Virus record (IMG/VR): IMGVR_UViG_3300017731_002846
Location: 1 to 64,000 of that record
Direction: 5' to 3' (one strand)
Length of the DNA stretch: 64,000 nt
Origin: a virus
Below, piece after piece: positions 28,996-39,345 of the stretch. The first letter of the stretch is position 1. The number at the start of each line of letters is the position of its first letter. Under the pieces are notes generated by a model. The model ran no database searches, was not told the origin of the DNA, and was given only the letters and a program-made list of their open reading frames with translations. A program made the translations under genes and the position numbers.

Positions 28996-29625
28996 TTAAG
29001 CAGGTTTTTCGAATTTATAACCAAACCTGATTATATCTGCGCGGTATTTTTGCGCAACTATTTCTATAGTTTCTTCGTCATAGTATTCGCTATAATGTTT
29101 ATGAGAAGTTCGATTTTTTACAAGTAAAGGATTCCGTTTAATTCCAATTTTTTGACACACAAGATCAAAGTCTGCCTGTAAATTTTCGAACCTGCCGATG
29201 AAATCGCAGTCAACGACTTGAGATGCTTGGTCTGCAAGCCATATACCATTGCACTCTTTTTTTGTAAAGTTATATTTAGCAAAATTTTTAAAATTTGAAA
29301 TTTGAGCGCTAGAATCTATTTTTGCTATATATTTAAAAATGGAAACAGCTCGATCAAATGGGTTTCGAACAAATGCGAACTTAAAATAAGAATCTATTAA
29401 ATCCCTATTTTCGGGGGGGGCAGTATTTTTTAATGCCTCGTAAGTAACATGATTGGGGTCATCATGACTTTTTAGGTCCAGAAATTGAGGTTTTAAAGCG
29501 TCAAAAACTTTGTTGAACTCATTTCCAGAGCATTTTTCAGAGCAATCTAGTAATGAATATAGTATAGATGTAGAGCCCGTTTTAGGGACTCTAATAAAAA
29601 CAGATTGTGTATTCCAAAAGATCAT
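28996..29625 (-). CDS. sulfotransferase, close paralogue of 27001-27651
   Basis: PKTGSTS; FVRNPFDRAVS. Confidence 0.92.
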   Translation of the reverse strand: MIFWNTQSVFIRVPKTGSTSILYSLLDCSEKCSGNEFNKVFDALKPQFLDLKSHDDPNHVTYEALKNTAPPENRDLIDSYFKFAFVRNPFDRAVSIFKYIAKIDSSAQISNFKNFAKYNFTKKECNGIWLADQASQVVDCDFIGRFENLQADFDLVCQKIGIKRNPLLVKNRTSHKHYSEYYDEETIEIVAQKYRADIIRFGYKFEKPA

Positions 29626-29628
29626 GAT

Positions 29629-30681
29629 TTATGATAAGAAATTCGATATAGTTTTATACAGTTTTTTGGCTCTTAATTTTATTTCAAAATCCAACTTGTC
29701 GGGCCAATCAGTAAAAAATTCAGAAGCAATAGAATAATTATGATTCAAGATATTTGACACATCTAAAGAATTCACAGAATCTAAGCAAAATTTATTAACT
29801 TCGCATTGATTATTAGGCTCAAGCTCCGCAATGTTAATTCCAAGAAAATCATGACTATTATTTGAGTCGTAAAAAATAGGCACAGAGAGAGAAAACACTG
29901 AATCGAATATCTTCTCTGTAAGATAATTATTCTCGATTGTGTTTTCAAGCGCAAGAAGAAATTTAGCATTTTTAAGGCACCAATCTAGTTTATTTCTATG
30001 AAAAGAATTTCCAGTATAAACAGTTTCTTCTGTCAAAGAGCCAAGTTCTTTGTTTCCTCTTCCGAAAAAATCGCAATTCAACTCTGGTATAGTAACAAGA
30101 TAGTCTGCTAATTTATCTTTTAATTCATTTAAACACAAGCCTGTAGGATTCTTAGAAAAGTCGAATTGATTTGGCTCAGGTGGGGTTTTACGATAATATA
30201 ATCCCGTAACATCATATGTTTTGTTTTTATAAATTTTATTAAAATTAATACGATTTAAAAGATTTAAGTAAAACTGATAATTTTTTAAGTAAACTTGGTC
30301 GGTAGTTAAAAAATAAGGTATATATTTATATTCAAAAATGTTAGTAAATTTATGATTGATAATATGGTAATGAAAATATAAACTATCATCATCTTTATCT
30401 CTGAAAATATAATCATCTTTGTCAGATCGAATAAAATTAGACCAGCTATTGTCCCAAACCGGTTCTTCGCTAACCAATATAGCCGGCTTATCTTGTTTTA
30501 CCGATAAAAATCCAGAACAATCTTTACGAATATCATTGATATAGGAAAACAAAATAAAATCCGCATCATCAGGGCAATCGACTTCACAAAAGAACTTACT
30601 TAATTCCCCTTGGTATGAAGCATAAGAAAATGGGCAAATTTTTGTACTATAGCCGTATTTATAATATTTAATTAAGCTCAT
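29629..30681 (-). CDS. GT10-like (alpha-1,3-fucosyltransferase family) glycosyltransferase
   Basis: KFLLALENT..NYLTEKIFDS...VPIFY; start revised to MSLIK. Confidence 0.75.
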   Translation of the reverse strand: MSLIKYYKYGYSTKICPFSYASYQGELSKFFCEVDCPDDADFILFSYINDIRKDCSGFLSVKQDKPAILVSEEPVWDNSWSNFIRSDKDDYIFRDKDDDSLYFHYHIINHKFTNIFEYKYIPYFLTTDQVYLKNYQFYLNLLNRINFNKIYKNKTYDVTGLYYRKTPPEPNQFDFSKNPTGLCLNELKDKLADYLVTIPELNCDFFGRGNKELGSLTEETVYTGNSFHRNKLDWCLKNAKFLLALENTIENNYLTEKIFDSVFSLSVPIFYDSNNSHDFLGINIAELEPNNQCEVNKFCLDSVNSLDVSNILNHNYSIASEFFTDWPDKLDFEIKLRAKKLYKTISNFLS

Positions 30682-31513
30682 GAATAGTATAAGTGTGCGC
30701 AGAATCCCGAACAATATCCCAAGACTTTCTTTTGGAGTCAAGTTGCCAAGGGTTTAATTCAGACCATATTCTATTCCTCTGTATCTCGTAAAACAAACGA
30801 ATATCAGGGCAATTTTCTGGTGGGCTCATTTTATTTAAATGCTCAACAATTTTCATGGCGTCAAATTTACCCTTGCCAGAAAGAGAAGAAAGGTCAGGAT
30901 TTAATAAGTCATCCAAATCTAATAATGATTGATTGGTATAACGAGCTTCTTGGGTAGACTCTATATGATTAAATAAATCATAATTAAAGTCTAAGCCTTC
31001 CAATTCAAGAGCTGATAAGCGGTTGTACAAATCAGAGTCATCCCAGCCATAAGTTGTGATTCCTTCATGATAGCCATTGACCCGCCAAAAATCTTCAGTC
31101 TTGCAGTAAAGTTGTCCATTTAGATGGAGTTCATTTTCATTTCTGGCAATTTTCCAGTTGCCACGAAAAAAAGAAAATTCAGGCAAAATGTGAAAACTCA
31201 AAAAAGTTGGGTCAAGTAGGATGTCTGCATCTAATTTCAAAAGATGGCCGTATTTAACGAAAGAAATTGCCAGATTAAATGCATGACTTAAAATCCATTT
31301 TGGCTGATTGTTAACTCTCAGTAATTTAATATTTTTTGATGCGCAATTGCGGCATAAATCAGAATATTGAATTGGCACATCAGAAGACCAATCAAGTACA
31401 ATGATTTCACTCACTTCATCTAATTGGCTCCATGACTTGATCGAGAGTAGAAGATTGTCAGTTCGATTCATCGAACAGGTTACAAGAGAACATCCTTTCT
31501 TAAAGTTTTGCAT
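30668..31513 (-). CDS. GT2/GT7-like glycosyltransferase
   Basis: LLKLDAD (DxD); FWRVNGYHE..YGWDDSDL resembles the GT7 C-terminal motif. Confidence 0.85.
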   Translation of the reverse strand: MQNFKKGCSLVTCSMNRTDNLLLSIKSWSQLDEVSEIIVLDWSSDVPIQYSDLCRNCASKNIKLLRVNNQPKWILSHAFNLAISFVKYGHLLKLDADILLDPTFLSFHILPEFSFFRGNWKIARNENELHLNGQLYCKTEDFWRVNGYHEGITTYGWDDSDLYNRLSALELEGLDFNYDLFNHIESTQEARYTNQSLLDLDDLLNPDLSSLSGKGKFDAMKIVEHLNKMSPPENCPDIRLFYEIQRNRIWSELNPWQLDSKRKSWDIVRDSAHTYTIHELN

Positions 31514-31528
31514 AAACTTATATGTACA

Positions 31529-32224
31529 CTAAAATTTAGTGCCGCCCTTTAATAATGCATAGGTTTCATGCATACAACTTGGCGATAAATAGTGGGATGA
31601 AATTTTGCCATTCAACAGCTGTTTTTTTGCAAAATAATCAGATTGATGAGCCCAATTCAAATCTGCATTTCGATCTGCAAACGGAATCCATAAACCTTCG
31701 TTTAACTGAATGTTGTCTATTATTTGAATTTCCGCATCTCTCATAGATGCAGCAACTCCAATATCTTCTCCACCTTCTTTATGTAAATAAAAATCAAGAT
31801 GATTCCAGGCTTTTTGAATTGCAGATCGCGATAAAATGTAACCCGAACCACCTTGAGCATAAGGCAAGCCTTTGAAATTTTTTTTCTTTCCTATGTACAA
31901 GTCATCTTGGGGGTTAAAACTTTTTAGGTACTCTTTGAGAAGTTTGAAATTAACAAAAGTGTCATCATCGCATTTAAATAAAAAGTCCCAATCGTGAGAC
32001 AAGGACTGTTTTAACATTTTGTAAGTTTTTTCAGGAAGCCTACTACGATCCTCGCCCAAATCGGGAGAGCAATCCCGGGTATTTTTCATTGATTTAGACT
32101 GAGCTAAGTCACCATAAAAAAAATATTCATGAGGGCTTTCAATATCTTTTATCCAAGTATTTAAGCAAGCATCGGCCTGCTCTTGTGTTTCGCTGCAAGT
32201 CAATATATAAACTAGTATTTTCAA
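31529..32224 (-). CDS. GT31/Fringe-like glycosyltransferase
   Basis: FLFKCDDDTFVN, YAQGGSGYILSR, EDIGV. Confidence 0.88.
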   Translation of the reverse strand: MKILVYILTCSETQEQADACLNTWIKDIESPHEYFFYGDLAQSKSMKNTRDCSPDLGEDRSRLPEKTYKMLKQSLSHDWDFLFKCDDDTFVNFKLLKEYLKSFNPQDDLYIGKKKNFKGLPYAQGGSGYILSRSAIQKAWNHLDFYLHKEGGEDIGVAASMRDAEIQIIDNIQLNEGLWIPFADRNADLNWAHQSDYFAKKQLLNGKISSHYLSPSCMHETYALLKGGTKF

Positions 32225-32263
32225 TTACCTTTTCCTTATATGTTTTACAAATATTATAAAACT

Positions 32264-32851
32264 TTATCCTCCAAACTTATACCCAAAAATCTCAATATCC
32301 TTTGCATATTTTCGCGCGACAATATCACGAGTTTCGTCATCGTAGTATTCAGTGTAATGTTTGTGTTTTGACACATGTTTTTGTGGAAGTTCTTTATGAG
32401 GAATTCCAATGTTGTCACAGACGATGTTAAAGTCTTCTTGAAGGTTTTCAAAGCGACCTATGTAATTAATTTTATCTAATGGTTCTAAAATATTATATTG
32501 ACTGTAAAGGTGGCACGGATCACCTGGGGACTGGGCCGGGTGTAAAGTTGTGAATTTAATTACAAATGTTTTAAAATCTACACCTCTATAATATTCTCTG
32601 CAATGAGGGAGATTCCATTCATTTAATTGATCTGTAAACCATTTAAACTCTGACACCATTTTGTCATATGGATTTCTAACGAAAGAAAATTTATAATAAT
32701 TTTTATACTTACTATTCTGTAGTAAATTTCGATGGGTTGCGTGATAATGACCTTCAATATGAAATTCAAAATTTTCCAAATATGCCTCTATGCTTGTGCC
32801 AGCGCATTTAGGTACATGTATAAAAACAACTCTATGTTTATTACTTATCAT
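32264..32851 (-). CDS. sulfotransferase (Sulfotransfer_2-like)
   Basis: HVPKCAGTS; FVRNPYDKMVS; start MISNK. Confidence 0.92.
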   Translation of the reverse strand: MISNKHRVVFIHVPKCAGTSIEAYLENFEFHIEGHYHATHRNLLQNSKYKNYYKFSFVRNPYDKMVSEFKWFTDQLNEWNLPHCREYYRGVDFKTFVIKFTTLHPAQSPGDPCHLYSQYNILEPLDKINYIGRFENLQEDFNIVCDNIGIPHKELPQKHVSKHKHYTEYYDDETRDIVARKYAKDIEIFGYKFGG

Positions 32852-33623
32852 ACAGGTCATTGAAGTAGGCTTGTTCTTTTCTACCATGTGGACCTAATCC
32901 ACATTCTATATTTTGCTTGAAATATTTGCAATGATCTATATTAAGAACACTAGTCCACTTTTTTTTAGATAAATCAGCTTTATTATATACATCATGATGC
33001 CCGTGGCAGTGCTCTAAGTGACCGCGCGTTATGATAACTTTCTGCGTAGCGCGCTTCGCTAAACCCTTTGTAATATCAACTGTCTTATTTAACTGCTCAA
33101 AAATATCTACTTGTTTGTTTAAGGTGGCAAGATTTCCATTAGATCCTCCAATTCTATCTCTTAAAACACCTTTACAAAACTGAATTTCGCTGCTCTCTAT
33201 TAATTTTAATTCGGTTGAAGATAGTTCAACAAACTCATCCAGATCAAGTATGAAACACAATTCATTTTCAGTTATATATTGTTTTTTTAAATCGTTCTGT
33301 ATAATCCACAGAGGGCATGTGTTTGGATTAGGAGGAGGGTGCTGATATTCTTTTAACCTTTTGGTATCTTTTAAAGTATTGTGCATGCTCCAGTCACGAT
33401 TTTTGTATTCGTAAAACTTTTCACTACATATAGGGATAAATTTTATATTGTATCTGCTACTGTAGGTTGGTTTGATTGTATTAATTACTTCGTTGTTACC
33501 ATGTAGTATAAATTCTGTAACCCCAATATCATCATAATGCTTTAAGAAATGATGCAGTAAAATATCAGTCACATCAATTTTGATTAATTCTGGATTTGTT
33601 CCTATGTCTGCTATTAATTTCAT
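32841..33623 (-). CDS. putative GT-A fold glycosyltransferase
   Basis: FLKHYDDIGV, ILDLDEFV. Confidence 0.6.
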   Translation of the reverse strand: MKLIADIGTNPELIKIDVTDILLHHFLKHYDDIGVTEFILHGNNEVINTIKPTYSSRYNIKFIPICSEKFYEYKNRDWSMHNTLKDTKRLKEYQHPPPNPNTCPLWIIQNDLKKQYITENELCFILDLDEFVELSSTELKLIESSEIQFCKGVLRDRIGGSNGNLATLNKQVDIFEQLNKTVDITKGLAKRATQKVIITRGHLEHCHGHHDVYNKADLSKKKWTSVLNIDHCKYFKQNIECGLGPHGRKEQAYFNDLYDK

Positions 33624-33624
33624 T

Positions 33625-34383
33625 TTATATTCCTAATAAAATTTTTACTACATCAATTCTTAACTGGCTTGCGCCACACTGTTTATATTGACTGTATTTT
33701 TCTTGTAAAATTCCGATATTTTCATGCGACACATGAAGCACACCATATTTTTCGTTTTCAATATAGCTGATACTAGGACCTGCTAATATTTTGTTTTTCA
33801 CGGGATCGATATATCCACCAAATTCATACCTATTCCTTGTCATTAAAATATTATATTGGTTTCTTAGTTGCATATACGAATCATTGTATTTTGGCACAAA
33901 ATTATATGTAAAAAATTCCTGGTCATGGTAATGATCAGCTTGCTGTTTTAAAATTTCGATTCGCTCGTTGCTTACATTTACAAATGCTTTGCACAAATTT
34001 TCAAATTGCTTTCGTGTTCCGCTTGCAAGAAAAGGACAATCAGCATCCATCAAATGAAGCTTGTCACCCGGTTCTGTAATCGGAAAATTAAGATTAATTG
34101 CATCATAATCCGAAACATAAAATTTTTCTTCTGCTTGAGTTGCATATGCCAGCCAACGAAACCAACAACTCATGCCGTATTCTGTAATTTGTTTACTCGT
34201 TATCTCATTGAAAATTCTACGCATTTCTGAGTTTAAAGTTGCAAAATACGGATGCTTTTTTGCATCTTCTAAGTTCAAGACAATAGGTTGGTATCCGTGT
34301 CGTAACCAGCTAATTTTCCACAAGTCAATAAGTTCGTTTTGGGAAGAGTGGTTGATATTCTGGTAGTATGTGTAGATTTTCAT
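33625..34383 (-). CDS. putative glycosyltransferase
   Basis: WKISW, CWFRWLAY, VSDYD (DxD); genomic context. Confidence 0.5.
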   Translation of the reverse strand: MKIYTYYQNINHSSQNELIDLWKISWLRHGYQPIVLNLEDAKKHPYFATLNSEMRRIFNEITSKQITEYGMSCWFRWLAYATQAEEKFYVSDYDAINLNFPITEPGDKLHLMDADCPFLASGTRKQFENLCKAFVNVSNERIEILKQQADHYHDQEFFTYNFVPKYNDSYMQLRNQYNILMTRNRYEFGGYIDPVKNKILAGPSISYIENEKYGVLHVSHENIGILQEKYSQYKQCGASQLRIDVVKILLGI

Positions 34384-34991
34384 GCTGAATTTACCCCGTG
34401 CGGAAATCCTACTTTTAAAAACATATCATGATCTTCTTTTGAAAAATATTCCCAGTCAAAATGCTCGCAAATTAACTCGAGCAATTTCAAGAAATAATTA
34501 GATGGTGGGTGGTTAGGTTCGCCTTTTCTTAAAGGCAGCATATCGTTTTTATTGTGTTGGTTTATGATTTGATCGATTTTGATTTTTATATTTTCCTCTT
34601 TGTCTTTATGCTGTGTTCTCTTGAGAGTTTTATCATAATTATTAATATCAATGTAATAGTTTGTCACTGTTAATAGCTTACAATGCTCATTTACGATCAA
34701 CTTGATTTTATCGATAGAGTATTCAGGTGAAGCATCAGGATGCATGTCTAGGCATATTATATAGTCACAAGAATTTATATAGTCTTTATCGTCGTGAGGA
34801 CACCTTACATTATCTATAAAGTCTTTGGTGAATAATTCGAGGTTTACTTCATTCAATTTTCCTTTGAAATCATATCCTCCATATCTTTCGTTATTAAAAG
34901 ATATCCACCAACATTCATCATTTGGCGATAAATATTTAATATACCAGCAAAGCGACTCTAGTTGACAATTTCCTATGCAAGCAATTTTCAT
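34380..34991 (-). CDS. hypothetical polysaccharide-related protein (WcbI-like)
   Basis: GNCQ at the N-terminus and NHP near the C-terminus. Confidence 0.45.
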   Translation of the reverse strand: MKIACIGNCQLESLCWYIKYLSPNDECWWISFNNERYGGYDFKGKLNEVNLELFTKDFIDNVRCPHDDKDYINSCDYIICLDMHPDASPEYSIDKIKLIVNEHCKLLTVTNYYIDINNYDKTLKRTQHKDKEENIKIKIDQIINQHNKNDMLPLRKGEPNHPPSNYFLKLLELICEHFDWEYFSKEDHDMFLKVGFPHGVNSA

Positions 34992-34997
34992 AGTTAG

Positions 34998-35090
34998 TTA
35001 TGTATATTCTTTTAGCATTTTTTCTCTAAACCCTGATCCAGTTTTTGGCGGATTTAGGCATACGAATTTATATTTGTGCGATAATATCAT
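34998..35090 (-). pseudogene. 30-aa sulfotransferase N-terminal fragment
   Basis: Manual translation MILSHKYKFVCLNPPKTGSGFREKMLKEYT*. Confidence 0.75.
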
Positions 35091-35105
35091 TTAATCAAGT
35101 AATTT

Positions 35106-35753
35106 TCATATAGTATAACCTTTTAACTCTATTACATGCTTTTCTTTTTGCGCTACAAGATCAATTAGTTGTTGATTGTAAATTTCATGCATATTTTGCA
35201 AGTTTAGGCTTTTGTTCCCGTGCTCCAAGGCCGGGGGGGTTATGTCAACTTGATCACATAATAAAGTGAATTCATTCTGAAGATTTTCAAACTCGGCGAT
35301 ATGATTAATTACAGCCTCATTGTTAATAATATAATATTCGTGTTGAGGTTTGTTGTTTTTGATTAAATTTCTCATTATTGTTTTTTTATCTTGATTTTCA
35401 AACATTTTAAGGCACATTTTACCTTGATTTATTTCAGGAGCATTCCATTTTATACTTGCGTCTTTGTTTTTGTATTTTTCCGCATATTCTTTAAAATATT
35501 TGAAGAAACTATAATAACGATCCCACGGATTACGAACAATAGTGAATGAAAAATACTCTGAGAAGTTTTTGTTTAGTTTCTGCAACGAATCACGACATTG
35601 TCTTGCAGTTCCGTGTTGATAAAAATCAGCATTTAAGTTTGGTTCACCAACAATATCAATAACACCCAATGGCAACAAGCTTTCACGAAATGATCTTGTT
35701 CCAGTTTTTGGAATGTCAATTGTTATAAATTTATGTTTATGTGATATTAGCAT
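35106..35753 (-). CDS. sulfotransferase (Sulfotransfer_2-like)
   Basis: PKTGTRS; IVRNPWDRYYS. Confidence 0.9.
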   Translation of the reverse strand: MLISHKHKFITIDIPKTGTRSFRESLLPLGVIDIVGEPNLNADFYQHGTARQCRDSLQKLNKNFSEYFSFTIVRNPWDRYYSFFKYFKEYAEKYKNKDASIKWNAPEINQGKMCLKMFENQDKKTIMRNLIKNNKPQHEYYIINNEAVINHIAEFENLQNEFTLLCDQVDITPPALEHGNKSLNLQNMHEIYNQQLIDLVAQKEKHVIELKGYTI

Positions 35754-36651
35754 TTTTACAATATCTCTCCCATAATTTTCTATCCCAATATGTACGATCT
35801 AGAAATTTTTGTTGAATAGTTAGGTCTAAGTCAGAAAGTTTGCGCTTCAATTTTTTGCTAGTTTGGTTCTTGTTAATGTGAGTAGCTACAACCTCGGGCT
35901 CAATATCTGACTGAAGAATACCATAAGCACCGTGAAATACATTATTAATTAATCCATCTACTTCGCTCATATCAGATATTCTGAAATACTGAAGGTATTC
36001 ATTTGCTAATGTAAAATGCCTGGGCTCAATCACTTGAGAGTCTTGCATGTCAAGCAAATGCCTTATTAGCCAACTATCTTCTAATTCGCTAGATTGAATA
36101 TACTCAAGAAAATTATCAGAACTAATCGAATTGTGAGTCGGTTCATGCTTGCTTTTGTCGCTCTTTATATAATGATATATCGAGATAGATCTTGCAAAAG
36201 GATCCCGTAAAACTGTAAAGTTCAATACATGATTTCTTTTTGAGGCATGTTTAATCTTTTCTACAGCATCTCTTTGTATTGATGCTCCGGGAACAGTAGG
36301 ATCGACACTAATCGAAAAAACTTCAACATCTCCATTATTAATAGAATCAATAAAAGGTTCTAAATCAACATAATCCGTTACTTCATCGCTAAATTTATCT
36401 TTTTTGAAATTATTATTTATTGTTGCAACATCTGTTGGAGTATGAATACAGCAGGTCAGTTGTTTTCCTTCTTTTAATAAAACAATAGATCTCCTTATCC
36501 TCTTAGAGGTCCACCCTGGTATTTGATGATTGTCTAAATACAGATTGTATTTTCTGCACAACATCATCATCCAGCTTAAAACATAAGTCCCTGCATTCTT
36601 AGCTATATGATAAAAAACAGGAATATGTTCAGGCTCTTTAATAATACTCAT
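35737..36651 (-). CDS. divergent sulfotransferase
   Basis: FYHIAKNAGT; LRDPFARSISIYHY; WDRKLW. Confidence 0.8.
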   Translation of the reverse strand: MSIIKEPEHIPVFYHIAKNAGTYVLSWMMMLCRKYNLYLDNHQIPGWTSKRIRRSIVLLKEGKQLTCCIHTPTDVATINNNFKKDKFSDEVTDYVDLEPFIDSINNGDVEVFSISVDPTVPGASIQRDAVEKIKHASKRNHVLNFTVLRDPFARSISIYHYIKSDKSKHEPTHNSISSDNFLEYIQSSELEDSWLIRHLLDMQDSQVIEPRHFTLANEYLQYFRISDMSEVDGLINNVFHGAYGILQSDIEPEVVATHINKNQTSKKLKRKLSDLDLTIQQKFLDRTYWDRKLWERYCKNANIT

Positions 36652-36688
36652 TGCCTTACTAATTACACTTTATTAAAATGAATCCTAC

Positions 36689-37522
36689 TTAAGATGAGAA
36701 TCTATTTTTTTGATGTAAAATTACTAAATCTCTATTTTTTTGGCAAATATAACTTTCTTTTAGCTTGCTATCTACACCCATAGACATATTAGAAATTAAT
36801 TTTATATCTTTATAACCAGGTTTATATTTATTTATGTTTTCTTCTGAGGATTCGATGGTATAATAGATACCAATGTCGTAATTAACGAAATGGTCATGAA
36901 CACCTTCTTTAACCAGCCGTTTTACTTTAGACAGAGATTCGTTAAGTAATTCTTTGGATAAATCACAGTTTTTATAAATAGCCACCCCATTTAAATGATC
37001 TTTCCATTCGCAATTTTCTGGAAGCTCAACGATGCCTTCATAGCAACTTCCAGCTATCAAAAAATCTTCTTGCTCACAATACTTATACAAACGATCAAAC
37101 CAGTGATATTTGACGGGTCTAGTGTCAGACTCTAAGATCAAAAAGTTTTCATAATCATTCTGAAAAAGAAAGTCTAAGCCTTGAAAAAAAGAATTATTGG
37201 GCCCAGAAGATAGCCCCAAAATAGGAAATCCATGCTCTTCGTATAATTCATAAGAATGGTCAGCTCGAAAATAAAGATTTTCTTGCTCGCTAAGATCTAA
37301 AGAATGTATGTAGATTTTATTTATATATTTTAAAGATTCATATTTTAATAAATCTTCATATCCTGTAGGATCACCTTGATCAAAAACAAAAAATAAATCA
37401 AATTTATATTTTGCCGAAGCTCCTAGCCCAATATAACCCTTTAAACAATTATGGATATATCCTTCTTGGTATTCTTTTTGGGAAGATAGGAATGCTATAG
37501 CTAATTTATTTGTATACTGCAT
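36689..37522 (-). CDS. putative glycosyltransferase
   Basis: SGPNNSF, ILESD, HLNGVAIY; genomic context. Confidence 0.5.
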   Translation of the reverse strand: MQYTNKLAIAFLSSQKEYQEGYIHNCLKGYIGLGASAKYKFDLFFVFDQGDPTGYEDLLKYESLKYINKIYIHSLDLSEQENLYFRADHSYELYEEHGFPILGLSSGPNNSFFQGLDFLFQNDYENFLILESDTRPVKYHWFDRLYKYCEQEDFLIAGSCYEGIVELPENCEWKDHLNGVAIYKNCDLSKELLNESLSKVKRLVKEGVHDHFVNYDIGIYYTIESSEENINKYKPGYKDIKLISNMSMGVDSKLKESYICQKNRDLVILHQKNRFSS

Positions 37523-37656
37523 ATCGTAAAATTATTTACCTTTAAATAATTCTAATATTATAATATATATATAGAGTTTAATCTATATTAATTACCACTT
37601 GTATTTTTCCCAAATACAAAAAGTATATAAAACGGTCAATATAGCTATAGTTATCA

Positions 37657-38160
37657 TTAAACAAGTCTGTCGGTTATAATTTGATGGGCAAATTTTTTAT
37701 CATGCCAATCATGGACTTGAACTTTGTCGCCTGACATAGATAAGTCTTTATAATGGGCAAAGAAATTTTTTGAAATCTGAAGGAAACTCTCTTCTAGGTC
37801 TTTTAAATTAGAATATTTTCTTGTATAAAAGCTTGGGACACCTACCAATTTATAATCTTTTTCTCCCTCGTCATCCATGTCTAATACCCCTAAAATTTTG
37901 GCCTCTACAACAGTAGCTCTTTTGATTGGCTCGGGGCTGATAACTAAAATATCAAGAGGATCTCCATCTTCGCATAAAGTACCAGGAACGAAGCCGTAAC
38001 TTGCTGGGTAAACCATTGCGGAGTTTAGGCACCTATCATACATGAAAACCCCAAGTTCTCCATCGTACTCATACTTATTTTTTGAGCCTTCCTCAATCTC
38101 AATAACAGCATTAACTATTTGGGGCGATTTTTTGTGTGTTGGTAATTTATATAAGTTCAT
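37657..38160 (-). CDS. ppa: family I inorganic pyrophosphatase
   Basis: KNKYEYD, YGFVPGT, DGDPLD, GEKDYK. Confidence 0.95.
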   Translation of the reverse strand: MNLYKLPTHKKSPQIVNAVIEIEEGSKNKYEYDGELGVFMYDRCLNSAMVYPASYGFVPGTLCEDGDPLDILVISPEPIKRATVVEAKILGVLDMDDEGEKDYKLVGVPSFYTRKYSNLKDLEESFLQISKNFFAHYKDLSMSGDKVQVHDWHDKKFAHQIITDRLV

Positions 38161-38555
38161 TTTATTCCAGTTAAATCAGATGAAGAGCGAATTTTGTCGC
38201 CAAGCCCGTCAATAACTTGCGTTCCGTTTTCTTTGCAAATTTTGTATTCAGGTATTTCTCCGTTACTACGGTCACCACCATTGGCGAAAATATCGGGTTT
38301 AAGTAAATCAAGGGTCTTGCATACAGTTTTGTCGTCGTCAATAGACATAACAGCTTCATCAACGCCTTTAATTTGAGAGACAATCATTAAACGATCATCT
38401 TCGCACATAAAAGACCTTCCCTTTTTTAGGGCGGCCTGCCTGTCATTATTTACAATAACAATTAAATAATCGCCAAGCTCTCTCGCCATTTTAATATATT
38501 CCAAATGCCCGATATGTATCGGGTCAAAGTACCCACTAATTGCAATTTTTTTCAT
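38157..38555 (-). CDS. cytidylyltransferase (HIGH family)
   Basis: SGYFDPIHIGH, FANGGDR, KIRSSS. Confidence 0.92.
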   Translation of the reverse strand: MKKIAISGYFDPIHIGHLEYIKMARELGDYLIVIVNNDRQAALKKGRSFMCEDDRLMIVSQIKGVDEAVMSIDDDKTVCKTLDLLKPDIFANGGDRSNGEIPEYKICKENGTQVIDGLGDKIRSSSDLTGIK

Positions 38556-38929
38556 ATAATGCTTTTTTGAATTTGTCTAAATATATAAGCCATGCATTCA
38601 CTATCCGTCATCTTTAATGCCCTGTAAATTTCTAAATCTATAACTTGCTCGACATCCAATTCATTGAAAGAGATTAACTCATCTTTTTTATCTTCATACA
38701 GACATACATGAATGATCTCGTTTGTTCCAGCAGGTTGAGTTACATAAATTTTATATATATCCATGTAACTTTTAGGGAATTTTAATAGTTTTTTATATAA
38801 TTTACCATGAGCAATAGTTAATTCAATAACTTCAGACTCTGTAAGCCCTTCATCTTTATAGTAGTTTTTATACAAATGATTAAACATTGATTTAAATGTA
38901 ACTTTCTGAACTAGATCTCTTAATGTCAT
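38552..38929 (-). CDS. hypothetical protein
   Basis: ORF track. Confidence 0.7.
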   Translation of the reverse strand: MTLRDLVQKVTFKSMFNHLYKNYYKDEGLTESEVIELTIAHGKLYKKLLKFPKSYMDIYKIYVTQPAGTNEIIHVCLYEDKKDELISFNELDVEQVIDLEIYRALKMTDSECMAYIFRQIQKSII

Positions 38930-38935
38930 AACTTT

Positions 38936-39154
38936 TTATAGGAAATTCGGGCGAATTGGTCGGTGTTTCCCGTAGCTCATAGAGTGAATCCGTGTTGCCT
39001 GTATATCAATCAATAATTTCTGCTTCAGGATAGCTTCGTGTTGAATATCGAGGGTCTCGTAAAGAGAATCAAGCCTCTGCTTCTGATTATAAGCAATAAA
39101 GGATAATGCTATTATCAGTAAAACGAGAATTACTTCTATGAAAGAAAACTTCAT
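38936..39154 (-). CDS. single-TM coiled-coil protein
   Basis: N-terminal TM; GTGTA 9 nt upstream. Confidence 0.65.
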   Translation of the reverse strand: MKFSFIEVILVLLIIALSFIAYNQKQRLDSLYETLDIQHEAILKQKLLIDIQATRIHSMSYGKHRPIRPNFL

Positions 39155-39201
39155 AAGAATGATTACACAAGACTATATTAACTTGCAAAAAAAAAGAATA
39201 G

Positions 39202-39345
39202 CTATTTTTTCTTTTTAGTCCAATTAATTTGGTCGTAATTCTTTTTGAATTTCTTTGAATGATTATTTCTTGGCGCATCCCCTTTGCCATTGCCAGAAGA
39301 TTTATTAATATTACATTTTCCTGTTTTGCAATTCTTTTTATTCAT
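39202..39345 (-). CDS. small basic protein (GKGDxPRN type; not in ORF track)
   Basis: Manual translation ...GKGDAPRNNHSKKFKKNYDQINW... Confidence 0.6.
   Translation of the reverse strand: MNKKNCKTGKCNINKSSGNGKGDAPRNNHSKKFKKNYDQINWTKKKK

Larger units (their letters stand above)
27001..29631. repeat. paired direct repeats at the ends of two sulfotransferase paralogues
   Basis: 27001-27125 vs 28996-29120 (1 mismatch); 27563-27657 vs 29537-29631 (identical). Confidence 0.9.

Noticed and set aside
27001-29631. Sulfotransferase repeats as a DGR or invertible shufflon
   Set aside because: Direct orientation, indels and mixed substitution types; no RT or recombinase seen
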